A DNA stretch of 63,923 nucleotides, counting the filler, from Octopus bimaculoides (Eukaryota): the NCBI RefSeq assembly GCF_001194135.2. It is 5 parts of 4 records of this genome, joined end to end, with 100 filler letters (N's around TTAATTAATTAA, not from the genome) between each part and the next. Parts side by side here need not be neighbours in the genome. Positions count along the whole stretch, not along the records: positions 1 to 7,403 come from NC_068987.1; positions 7,504 to 17,310 come from NC_068997.1; 3 more parts are not named here. The stretch is one strand, 5' to 3'. Under the pieces are notes generated by a model. It worked only from the letters and a program-made list of their open reading frames with translations. It had not been told where the DNA came from and did no database searches. Both the position numbers and the translations under genes were made by a program. Every line of letters begins with the position of its first letter. Position 1 is the first letter of the stretch. This document shows positions 1 to 14,519 of the stretch, one piece after another.

Positions 1-256
1 AGGGGATGGTGGCGAACCCTGCTGTACTCTTTCACCACAACTTTCTCTCACTCTTACTTCCTGTTTCTGTTGTGCCTGTAATTCAAAGGGTCAGCATTGT
101 CACACTGTGTCACGCTGAATATCCCCGAGAACTACGTTAAGGGTACACGTGTCTGTGGAGTGCTCAGCCACTTGCACGTTAATTTCACGAGCAGGTTGTT
201 CCGTTGGTCGGATCAACTGGAACCCTCGTCGTCGTAAGCGACGGAGTGCCAACAAC
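1..256 (+). mobile_element. tRNA-derived SINE family A, 3' part (cut by window edge)
   Basis: Near-identical to 12548-12803; ends GACGGAGTGCCAACAAC. Confidence 0.85.
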
Positions 257-880
257 CCCTAATCAAGTAGACCTATAATCAAAAGCATTCCGGCCATGGC
301 AGTTCTGTCATTTTAGGGGAGGCCAGGCAGTGTTTTTCTGCCCGGTAGCCATTATCTAATGCATCCTTTTTCTCAAATTAGTAGGGCGAGATTTGAGGGA
401 GCGTGGCTGCTATTTCTAGCAGGTGCAGCAACCATGAATAGACCTCGTTAACACGTCAGCAGTGTTATTGTTGTTTTAACTCCAGGCCAGTCCCTGAGTG
501 AGCTTGACCTATGATCAAAAGACATTCCAGCCATGACAATTCCATATTATATTTTCAAAGATTGCATAACCGAAATGTGCCCTTCCGGTTTTTTTATGAT
601 GGCAGGCCTGATTCCAGGTAGAGATTTAGCTACTATTTCTAACAGATCGAGTGTCGTTGCTTTTGTTACTAGACCCCCCCCCCACCTACCCATCCACCCC
701 AGATTGACACTGAACGAGTCGAGCAATGATCGAAGACATCCCAACCATGACCACATTATGCAAAATCTCATTTTTTCTTTTGTTTTTTTTTTTTGTTTTT
801 TTTTTGTTGAAGACAATTAAGAGGGTTCTGATCGGAGAGATTTTTGGCTGCTATTTCTAGCAAGCCGGGCGACCACGCAA
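257..880 (+). repeat. Tandem cluster of dispersed repeat family E (GACCTATGATCAAA...CCAGCCATGAC / GATTTGGCTGCTATTTCTAGCA modules)
   Basis: 5' module at ~270 and ~507; 3' module at ~404, ~624 and ~840. The same modules recur at ~3455, 3766, 4072, 4998, 5327, 5466 and 55439. Confidence 0.7.
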
Positions 881-972
881 AGGCTCCAATTGTTGTTGTT
901 GTTGGTGGTGGTAGTGGTTATGGTGGCGACGATGGTGTTAGCAATGTTAACAATGGTGGCGACGGCGGCAGT

Positions 973-1049
<77 letters not shown>

Positions 1050-2127
1050 CAGCAGTAGTGGTGGTGGCGGTGGTTGCGTTCAGAAGTTGTCTCCTGTTTG
1101 TGACTGTTGTGATGTCGTGTAGCCCGGTCAAAACTCCTCCACCTCCTCCTCCTTGTTGTTGTTGTTCTTGTAATGGTAGATGCGCTTTTAATGTTAAATA
1201 CTTACCCATTGTTGTTGTTATTGCTGTTATTATAGCCTCGGTCAACTTTTTGTTCAAGTTGTTGTTGTTGTTGCTGCTGCTTTTGATGGTAACAACGCCG
1301 TAGCGGTGGTGGTGGTGGTGGTGGTGNNNNNNNNNNNNNNNNNNNNNNNNNNNNNNNNNNNNNNNNAAGTGATCGGAGTTGTGATTGTTGTTGTGGTGGT
1401 TGTGATACTGGTCGCTGCTGCTGCTGCTGTGGTGGTGGTGGTGGTGGTGGTGGTGGTGTTTGCGATTGTCGTGGTTGCGGTGGTAAAGTTGTAATGCTGG
1501 TTGTACGGTGGTTGTATTTATTTGTTTCTTTGTTTATGTATCTTCTGTGTATTCATTTATTAATTAATTTATTTATTTTATTTTATTTTATTTATCACTT
1601 TTGGCAGGTTAGGTCGATAGTTCAAACTACTCATTCTCCTCGCTCTTGTTATCCGTGATGACGACGACGACGATTTAGATGATGATGATGATGATGATGA
1701 CGATGAAGTATTAGTAGTAAGAAAATGACAGAAGGAAAGAGAGAAAGAGAGAGAAGAAAAAGAAGAGAGAGGCGGCGGCAGAGGTGATTGATGATGGTAA
1801 TGATGGTGGTGATGTTGATGGTGATGATAATGGTGGTTGTGATGATGACGGGGAGGAGGATGACGATGCTAACGGCAGTGATGGTGGCGAAGCAGTGGTG
1901 GTAGCGTAAGTGGTTGTGATGATGATGATGATGACGATGACGACGACGACGACGATGATGATGATGATGATGATGATGGTGGAGGTGGTGGTGGTGGAGG
2001 TCTACTTAATCTTGAGCATCTGGGTTGGGTAGGGCTGAGGGGAAGTGCAGAGGGGTGTTACAGTAACTCTGGCTGCTGCTGCTGTTACTACTACTACTAC
2101 TACTACTACTATTACTACTACTACTAT

Positions 2128-2163
<36 letters not shown>

Positions 2164-2310
2164 GACTACTATTATTGCTACTGCTGCTGCTACTGATGAT
2201 GATGATGATGATGAGGATGATGATGTGGTGTGATGACGGTGGTATTAGTGGTGGCGGCGGTGGTATTGTGGCGGCGGTGGTATTGTGGCGGCGCCTGCTG
2301 CTGTTAAAGC
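880..2310. repeat. Compound trinucleotide low-complexity region (GTT, GGT, AGC, AGT, GAT, ACT) with a 40-N gap
   Basis: Direct inspection; gives poly-S/T/V ORFs. Confidence 0.9.
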
Positions 2311-2424
2311 GACCAGCTTGTCGTCATAGTACGTCCCGAGGTTATTGGAGAATTTTACCTTATATGGGCATGTGAGGGATGCGGCAGTAGAGACCTCGAT
2401 GTGTGTATATGTATGTGGTTGTGT

Positions 2425-2479
<55 letters not shown>

Positions 2480-3202
2480 TGATACATATGTATATACATG
2501 TGTGTGTGCTTATTAATTAGTAAAAAGCGTTGTGTTGTGTTACATGTGTGTGTGTGCGTATATATATATATATATACTTTACAAATGTGCATATATTAAA
2601 CATACATAACTTCTATATGTATTTGTAGGTCTGTCTGTGCGTGTATGAGTATATTTTGAATTTGTGCATTTGATTGTATATACATACATATATATATAAT
2701 ATACATATATACATTAATACACACACACACACACGCACATATGTGTATATACATGCATAACACGCACGCATTTTAAATTAACAACTTCTGCATGTGTTTA
2801 TAAGACAGCGTGTGTATGTATGTATGTCAGTGCAAGTGTGTATATATGTTGTGTATATATATTTTATACATACTTTGAAAGTGTTCATATACATCTAAAA
2901 CTTTTGTATCTTTAAATGGTAGTGCAAATATACGGGTACGTATTTTACTTGCAACATGAGCGCTCGTTATATATATATATGGTATATATATATATATATA
3001 CACACAAACATATATATGTGTGTATTTGAAAGTATGCATCTTATATATTTGTGACGTCTGTGTATTTATAAGTGTGTGTGTGTGTGCACTGGCGTTTGTA
3101 TATACGTATATATATATGTATATATATGTTTGTATGTACATATAGGCATAAGTACCTATATATATACATATGCATACACGCATGTATATATACGTACGCA
3201 GA

Positions 3203-3242
<40 letters not shown>

Positions 3243-3630
3243 CATACATATATACATACATACATACATAGTACATACACACGCACACATGTATGTACGT
3301 ATGCGTGTGTGTATATGTGTATATGTATATGTAACATGGGAGCTATGAAATTGCGTGTGTGCTGCGCTGCACACACGCAAACGCATTCAGCACACACGCT
3401 TCCACTGTGCAAGGTGTCCGTTTCTTTCTCAAGACGGTAGCGTTAATTAAGGTAGATTTAGCTGCTATTTCTAGCATGTCGAGGGACCACAAAGAGGCAG
3501 GCTTCTTCATTTTTTGCACGTATACGTTCTATGCGTGCGTGCATGCTTGAGTGTGCTTGCGTGTATAATAACGGTGTATGTATGTATATAGTCGACTATT
3601 TCTCGTGTCTGCATGTTTATGTATACGCAT

Positions 3631-3663
<33 letters not shown>

Positions 3664-4876
3664 CACACGCACACACACACACATATATATGAGTTTGGAG
3701 CGATATCTTGTATAATTCCATGACAAACCGTAATCGACTAGACATATGATCAATTATATTCTAGTCGTGACCATCCCGTCTGATTTTAGAGACTATCTAT
3801 GTCTACATTATTCACTATGACCCTAGCTATCTAAACCGGTGGACTAACAGAATTGTTAAGGGTACCAGACCGTTATTTATTTGAAACCGGCATTTTCTTT
3901 TTCTTTGTATTTTTGCATTCTGAGTTCAAATTCCACCGAGGTAAACTTTGCATTTAGTTATTCTGTGGGTCGAAAAAATAATTTATTAGGCAACTATTGT
4001 TTTAAAGCAGCATCCTAGACGTTATTTGAATCATTGTGCAATAAATATAAAGGCAGGGCTGTTGCTGGAAATTTGGTTGCTATTTCTAGCAGGTCGGCCA
4101 ACCACGTTGGCAGAAGTTCACTCCTTTGTAGTGCGTGTGTGTAGTTGTATGTATGTTGAAGACCGTGCATTGGATATAAGCTTTATTTGTTTGTGTATAT
4201 ATGTGTAAACGTGTGTTTGTATATACATCCGATGGTGTAGAACTTTAATTGTATGTGTGTGCATATGTGTGTGTGTGTGCATATGTGTATTTGAGTGTGT
4301 AAATGTATTTGCACGCATTTGTGAATGTGTATGTATGTGCATGTGTATGTATGTTTGTAATTGTGAGTTTCTCTGTGCATGTGTGTGATGTGTGCGTCTG
4401 CATGTGTGCACGTGTGTGTGTTGGTGCGTGTGTTTATGATGCGTCTGGACTTAAATCATGGCCGAATGCGTAAGAAGTTCGCTTCACGTTCACGAGATCC
4501 AGGGTTCGATCCCGTGGCGTGGTTTCCGGAGCAAAATCAAAACCCCAAACTTCGGGAATGAAACTAACTGGACGGAAATTGTGCCAAAACTCATCGGATG
4601 CTCATACCCAGTTAATAATTCAAACGGGTTTTGCTTTGTCACTATGATGCACTGATTTTTTGTATGAGAATCATATTAAGAATATACGTGTCTACGGAGT
4701 ACGCAACCACTTTCTCTATATAATACAATCAGCTGGCGGCTCACTAGATCGATTAATTCAATGAAATACATCGTCGCAATTGACGGAGATCCACTTCGCA
4801 ATCCTTTTTTTTCCTTTTGTTTTATATGCATGCATGTTCATGAGAGCACATAGGTATAGTAGTAGTAGTAGTAGTA

Positions 4877-4908
<32 letters not shown>

Positions 4909-4909
4909 A

Positions 4910-4959
<50 letters not shown>

Positions 4960-5594
4960 TTGTTTTGCCCTTGGTCAGTGGTTCCAAACGAGTAAATTGA
5001 TGATCAAAGGCCTTTCACACGTGACCACCACGCCTTACATCTCGACTGCAATATCAAATGCAACTTTACACACGGACGCAAACACACAACACACATGCAC
5101 ACATGCATACACACAAGCACACACACACAAATGTATATAGAGAGACAGATACATATATACATATAAATATGCGTGTATACACACAAACACGCACACACAC
5201 ATGCACACACCTGTGCATGTATATATATATATATATATGTATATATATGTATGTATGTATGTATATGTATGCATGTATGTATCTCGTTGCATGTGTTGTC
5301 GCCCCTAGTCAACCATGAACCGGAAGACCTATAATCAGAAACACTCCTATCGTGACCATCCCGTCCTTTATTTAAGCAGAATGCTCCATAATGCACCTAA
5401 GACTACATCATCAAATGTGTCGTTCTTTTGTCAATACGCTAAATATATTTATAAATGAAGAAGGGAGATTTGGCTGCTATTTCTAGCAAATCGAGCGATC
5501 TCATAGAGGCTCCTTCGTTGTTCCGTTGCATGTGCTTGTGTCTATTTATATGTGACTATGAATCGTGCGTTAGTGCCAGTGGTTGTGTGTGTGC

Positions 5595-5642
<48 letters not shown>

Positions 5643-6185
5643 ACGAACGTGCGTATATGTGTGTGAGTGAGCCCCAGTAAGTTGAATATATGAGCGCTTA
5701 GTTTCTGAAAAAGGATGTAGATGTGTGTATATGTGTGTGCGTGAATGTGTTTGTGCGTGTGTGCATGTTTATAACTTTATGACGTACAATTGTATGTGTG
5801 AGTAGGTGTTTAATCGCATATATATTTATGAATTTGTGTATGTGTGTGTGTGTGTGTGTGTTTATAACTGTTCCTTGTGTACATACACTTGTATGTGAGT
5901 GTATATATTGAGTTGTATGTATGAATGTCTAATAAGAGTGAATTTAAAAAATGCGTGTGTGCATACCTGTACAATAGTTCAAATATATTTATATACACGT
6001 GCGTATTTGTGTGTGCAACTGTGTATGTGTGCGTGTGTGTGAGTGCGTGTGAGTGTGTGCGTGTGTACGTGTGCGTGCGTGTGTGTGTACATGTCTATCT
6101 AAGTGTACAAATAAATGAATGTGAATACGTTTGCAGACGAGTGTTATGTGTGTAATTAATGTATATGCTTGTTTATTTGTTTGAA

Positions 6186-6240
<55 letters not shown>

Positions 6241-7024
6241 AGGTGCTTATATGTATGTATGTATGTATGTTTGGTGGTGTGGGTTTTATGGCAAGCAGCT
6301 GACAAGATATAGAACAATGAACAAGAAAGCTAGTTTGACGAAAAAAAATTAAAATTTCTCATGTGATAATTATACATACATTCACTATGGTATGTTTTAT
6401 ATATGGTCACACCTCTACCTACACACACATACTCACACACACACAAACACACACGCAAATTTTACATATGCGTCTATCTATCTATCTATCTATCTATCTG
6501 TGCATTCTTTTTAGGAACGGTGAATCTCAAAGCAAATGACAGCGTTAAAATCTCTTTGGATAGAAAAAGTCTAAGGTTACACACAAATATATAACAATGA
6601 ATATTAATTGAATCGAAGGCTCCATACATGTTTTTGATATGTATAAATTTATTGACTCTAAATTTCACTGAACAAGCCACGGCCGGTGATAGGTGTGTGT
6701 TTAATATATAGTTGTGCATAAAGACCAATCGAAAATCTAATTGAAATGGCACTTAATGCATTTTCTGTAGAAAATAATTTTTTTTTTCTCACAAAGAAAA
6801 GCTTGAAAGTTTTCGCCGGTGGTTGATCCGACCAACCACCGGTGATAACTTCGATGTACCAGTCATTCCTTTCTTTGTATACACACACACACACACACAC
6901 ACGCACACACATACACACATGGAAAATACTTAATTCATTAATAACTACAATTAAGAATATTTTTTGCATAGTTGTTATTCTGAACTTCGTTTTAAGGCAC
7001 TCATCGATAAATATATATAGGCCC

Positions 7025-7168
7025 AGGCGTGGCTATGTGGTAAGAAGCTTGTTTACCAACCACATGGTTCCAGGTTCAGTCCCACTGCGTGGCACCTTGC
7101 GCAAGTGTCTTCTACAATAGCATCAGGCCGACCAAAGCTTTGTGACGGAAACTGAAAGAAGACTCTCG

Positions 7169-7170
<2 letters not shown>
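7025..7170 (+). mobile_element. SINE family B, 5' half
   Basis: GGCGTGGCTATGTGGTAAGAAG...GGTTCAGTCCCACTGCGTGGCACCTTG...GGAAACTGAAAGAAG, ending at a (TA)n tract. Confidence 0.85.
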
Positions 7171-7201
<31 letters not shown>

Positions 7202-7203
7202 TC

Positions 7204-7403
7204 TCTTTTACTTGTTTCAGTCTTTTGACTGTGGCCATGCTGGAGCACCGCCAGGACTTATTCTTTGGAAGCCTAGTACTTATTCTATCGGTCTGTTTTG
7301 CCGAACCGCTAAGTTACGGGGACATAAACACACCAGCATCGGTTGTCAAGTGATGTTGGGGGGACAAACACAGACATACAAACACATACACACATACATA
7401 TAT
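7204..7403 (-). mobile_element. SINE family B, 3' half
   Basis: CTTTTACTTGTTTCAGTC...GCCATGCTGGAGCACCGCC...CTAAGTTACGGGGAC, the same tail as at 41460 and 48618. Confidence 0.85.
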
Positions 7404-7503
7404 NNNNNNNNNNNNNNNNNNNNNNNNNNNNNNNNNNNNNNNNNNNNTTAATTAATTAANNNNNNNNNNNNNNNNNNNNNNNNNNNNNNNNNNNNNNNNN
7501 NNN
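7404..7503. other. Artificial scaffold linker (44N-TTAATTAATTAA-44N)
   Basis: Identical 100-bp structure also at 17311-17410, 43354-43453 and 62707-62806; the 12-mer has stops in all six frames. Confidence 0.9.
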
Positions 7504-7806
7504 AATAAATGATGTATATTGCGTGTGTGTTTAATATTGTAATGAGCTTAATGTGTGGCTAAGTATAATATGCTCTGCACCAATGTGAAATGTACTTTTC
7601 ACTCTCCTATGTGTACCATATAAGATGTAGCTATAGGCGTAGTGTAGCTGAATGGTTAGCGACGTTTGCTTTGCAACCTCGAGATCTCTGGTTCGACTCA
7701 CTGCATGTCATCTTGAATGAATGTCATTTATATATTGTGAATTGAAAGGGGTTGACGGAAATTGTATAGAATCCCGTCCGATTGATTGTACTCGAATAGA
7801 GACTAT

Positions 7807-8186
7807 TAGGCGCAGCTCTTTGGGTGTTGACATGGATCCGGGTTCAGTCCCACTACATGGCAACTTGCGCATATCTTCTAATACAACTTCGTGCCGGCGA
7901 AAGTATTGTCAGTGGGTTTGGTAGGCAGAAACTGAAGGAAGTCCATCGTATATTTGTATAGATGTGTTGGTGTATGTATGTTTGTCCTGCCCCCCACACA
8001 CACACCGTCTGACAACCGGTGTTGGTGTGTTTGCACCCTTGTAACTCAGCGTTTTGGCCAAAAGGACGTTAGAATAAGTAACAAGTTTAGAAAAAGAGAA
8101 TAAAGTACATAAGCTATTATTCGACTGAAAAAATCTTCAAGGTGGTGCCCCAGCATGACCACAGTGTAATAACTGAAACAAGTAAA
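7807..8186 (+). mobile_element. SINE family B, diverged copy
   Basis: GGTTCAGTCCCACTAC...GAAACTGAAGGAAG...CTGACAACCGGTGTTGGTGTGTTT...CTGAAACAAGTAAAAG. Confidence 0.7.
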
Positions 8187-8849
8187 AGACGAAAGATATA
8201 TCGTATAGTGTACATAGGATCCCACGTATAGTACGTAGCGAATGCCTATCCGCCAAGAGATCTAATCCTTGCTATTTCGTGGTGGATTGTGGGCCATTAA
8301 TGTCCCTGAGAACTATGCCAATGAAATACGAGCTCCTTCATGGGACTCGCATTGTGGACAGGTCAAAGAATAGAGGCGAAATTTATAGGGCTCACCTCTT
8401 CTCAGAAGTAAAAATTGGTTTCCGTAAAACAGCTCATCTTGAAGAAGTCTACTCCAATCTAAACCCGCAGCCGTCTGAGTCCGCTGAGCCACTCTTATCA
8501 AGCCGCCAAGCCCAAAGAGTGGATTCGGATTGCAGAGACTGACTTCCGCTTTAAACCTACTCAGTGCAGGCAGGAAGGAAAGACCTGCAGCGTCAAGGAT
8601 CGGTACACAGAGTCACTTGTGGTCGTACCGCTCCTCCTAATTAATCTTCAGATGCAAAGTGACTACCATCATCAAGTAAGTACATAATTATACCATATTT
8701 CTATCTTTAGTACATAATTCATAAACGTTACACATTCTACAAAGTACACTCTTCATTGCTGTATAGTACAGCTGTCTCTTATGTACATTTTTCACACATA
8801 CCTACGGCACTCTACAAAGTACACACACACACACCTATATTTCAGGGTA

Positions 8850-11385
<2,536 letters not shown>

Positions 11386-11650
11386 TCTCCGTTATTCTCT
11401 GAGTTTCCCTCCAACTTCAGATCCTTTCTCGCAAAAGAGAAAGGACAACAGGAAGTGGTGGGGGTGGGATCGTAAAAAACACTATTTTCGGGTGGGTTGG
11501 ATATTGGAAGAAAATGGTGAGGGGATAGAAGGAAGATGAAGGCGGCGAAGACAGCGATGACAATGATGACGACGATAGTGATGACAATGTTAAGGACGAG
11601 AAGGAAGTCCTCACAATTCCAAGACTTCGCTCGAATGTTTGCAACAGAGT

Positions 11651-12044
11651 TGTTGGCACTCCGTCGCTTGTGACGACGACGAGGATTCCAGTTGATCCGA
11701 TCAACGGAACAGCCTTGCTCGTGAAATTAACGTGCAAGTGGCTGAGCACTCCACAGACACGTGTACCCTTAACGTAGTTCTCGGGGATATTCAGCGTGAC
11801 ACAGAGTGTGACAAGGCTGACCCTTTGAATTACAGGCACAACAGAAACAGGAAGTAAGAGTGAGAGAAAGTTGTGGTGAAAGAGTACAGCAGGGTGCACC
11901 CCACCATCCCCTGCCGGAGCCACGTGGAGCTTTTTTAGGTGTTTTCGCTCAAATAAACACTCACAACGCCCTGTCTGGGAATCGAAACCGCGATCCTATG
12001 ACCACGAGTCCGCTGCCCTAACCCCTGGGCCATTGCGCCTCCAC
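11651..12044 (-). mobile_element. SINE family A, full length, 11-bp TSD TGCAACAGAGT
   Basis: Reverse complement of 12419-12803. TSD at 11640-11650 and 12045-12055. Confidence 0.9.
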
Positions 12045-12418
12045 TGCAACAGAGTAGAGTCTGCGAAATATAGCCAATGTGTGAGGTGGTGGTGTTCAAC
12101 AAGGTACTACGTTAGTAGCCGAGGGTAGGAAGCAATTTGAAGTCAGAACGCAAAAATCCAGAAAGCAACCAACACATGGGGTGGGTTAGGGTTAGGGTTA
12201 GGGTCAGGGTTAAGATTTGGGGTCGGTTACGGTTCCGCCACATCACTGCCTTTGGTTGTTCTTTTTATTTGATTTCCCTGAAAGAAATAACAGAATTTGA
12301 ACCCAAAACGCAAAGCGTCGGAACAAATACTGTAAAACGAACTTTCCGACGCTTTAACATTTCGGCCATTTGGCCGCCATATATATTTTTCATTTATGTC
12401 CCTCTCTTAGTAGAGACA

Positions 12419-12803
12419 GTGGAGGCGCAATGGCCCAGTGGTTAGGGCAGCGGACTCGCGGTCATAGTATCGCGGTTTCGATTCCCAGGCCGGGCGTTGT
12501 GAGTGTTTATTGAGCGAAAACACCCAAAGCTCCACGAAGCTCCGGCAGGGGATGGTGGCGAACCCTGTTGTACTCTTTCACCACAACTTTCTCTCACTCT
12601 TACTTCCTGTTTCTGTTGTGCCTGTAATTCAAAGGGTCAGCCTTGTCACACTGTGTCACGCTGAATATCCCCGAGAACTACGTTAAGAGTACACGTGTCT
12701 GTGGAGTGCTCAGCCAGTTGCACGTTAATTTCACGAGCAGGCTGTTCCGTTGATCGGATCAACTGGAACCCTCGGCGTCGTAAGCGACGGAGTGCCAACA
12801 ACA
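12419..12803 (+). mobile_element. SINE family A, full length, 10-bp TSD AGTAGAGACA
   Basis: Pol III A box TGGCCCAGTGG and B-box-like GGTTTCGATTCCC in a tRNA-like head. TSD at 12409-12418 and 12804-12813. Confidence 0.9.
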
Positions 12804-13293
12804 AGTAGAGACATGTTAACGTATATAGCTTTCAGTGTGTGTGTGTGTGCTCGCGTGCGGGGGGTGTCTGTGTGTGTGAGTGTGTGTGCATATGCATGTA
12901 TTTGTGTGTGCGTGTGTTTCCTTCAGGCTAATCTTCCCCCAGTTCCTGTTGTGGAATTACGTCTGACAAATGCTTAAAGACAGGCGAGATTTCGCTGCGT
13001 TCTTTAATTGACCCAATTCTTCAGAAATGGGAAGAAATGATCTCGTTTGAACCATCACCAACGCAGTTGTGTACTCCCACTCCCACACACACCCACATAC
13101 TCACACCCACACACCCAAACAGACACAGACACGTCATACATACACACACATATATGTATACATACATATACGTATGCGCTAGGTTACACATATATGTGCT
13201 CCAATGTACGAGTATATATACAAATATATACATATGTATATGTTATACATCATATAAATTACACGCACAAACACACACACATACATATATAAA

Positions 13294-13345
<52 letters not shown>

Positions 13346-14225
13346 CATAAAAACACGTACACATGCAGTTATTATGAAAGAAATGCTTTAATTATATTGA
13401 AACTGATATACCATTACATATATATACAGGTGCATATACATTTGTATGCATATGTATGTATGCATATAAACATACATATACACGCATATATATATTCATG
13501 TATATATTATATACATATATATTACATATGTTTGTATGTATGCATATAAGTATATACAATAATGAAAATATACTTTCATACACACATACACACATATATA
13601 TATATATATATATACAATCTTATTCATACATACATATATACGTATACACACACATATATATACCTACAACGAAGAGAGCTTGTAAAATGAAGGAAAAACC
13701 CAAACAAACGGCACATTTTAAAACAATTTGTTGTACGGTGTAGAAAACTTCAGTGAATAATAAACATGCTAACTTATTAATGTCTCCGCCTCTGTTTACC
13801 ATGAGAACACTGCTCAGACAACATATGACATGATCAGTGATGTAATTTTAAATATTTCCATCTTTTGCCGTGAACCCCCTGTTGCGATGCCTGAAGTTAA
13901 AGAGAAGAGACAATGGAGAAGAATATTTTGAAATTCGGGGTAAACTGAATGCCATTATGGAAAGAGAACGAGCCAGAACTAAAAGTGTGTTAATGACAGA
14001 ATACGCACACCCGTTAGTCGGCAATTAAAAAAAAACATGAAAATGCATAAAAATATAAATATAAATATTGTGTTAAGTCAAAAGTCTTACAATATTTTGG
14101 TGCCATATTTGCTTTATTCGTCAAGTTACAATAAAAGCAGCCTAGCATTTGAAGTAGAGGCCATCATCGCGTTGCACCGCTTGAAGCCACCTTTCTGTCA
14201 GTTCTTTGATCGCATGCTGGTACCA

Positions 14226-14301
<76 letters not shown>

Positions 14302-14360
14302 ATATATATATATAACCAATAATAAATCTCTGAGCGAGATATAAAAAGTAGTAGTACGAC

Positions 14361-14519
14361 ATCACGAAATATATTTGCCACCTAAATGTGACTGACCCAT
14401 AATGGACGATGCTACTGTAGTTTATCAACCTGGAGGAGATGTCTTCCTGGGGCTATAAACTACAGTAGCATTGTCCCATATGGGTCAGCCACATTTAGGT
14501 GGCAAATATACTTCACGAT
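14361..14519. repeat. Fold-back inverted repeat, 65-bp arms with 29-nt spacer
   Basis: ATCACGAAATATATTTGCCACCTAAATGTGACTGACCCAT...TAGTTTAT versus its reverse complement at 14455-14519. Confidence 0.9.

Noticed and set aside
533-6155. Many 60-150 aa ORFs (poly-S/T/V, YIYI, CVCV, HTHT)
   Set aside because: They are translations of di-, tri- and tetranucleotide microsatellites, with no splice or domain support. The same applies to such ORFs throughout the window.
8279-8660. ORF 8279-8542, GC-balanced and possibly a LINE C-terminal remnant
   Set aside because: Only a faint YELLHG..VDR resemblance; no motif I can support as gene or element.
12183-12212. Chromosome end / true telomere
   Set aside because: Only about five units, partly degenerate and internal to a contig.
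12419-12495. tRNA-like sequence with A and B boxes (also 4452-4520, 7636-7705, 26120-26200, 28585-28660)
   Set aside because: No closed cloverleaf; continues into SINE body or is a decayed SINE head, so not a tRNA gene.
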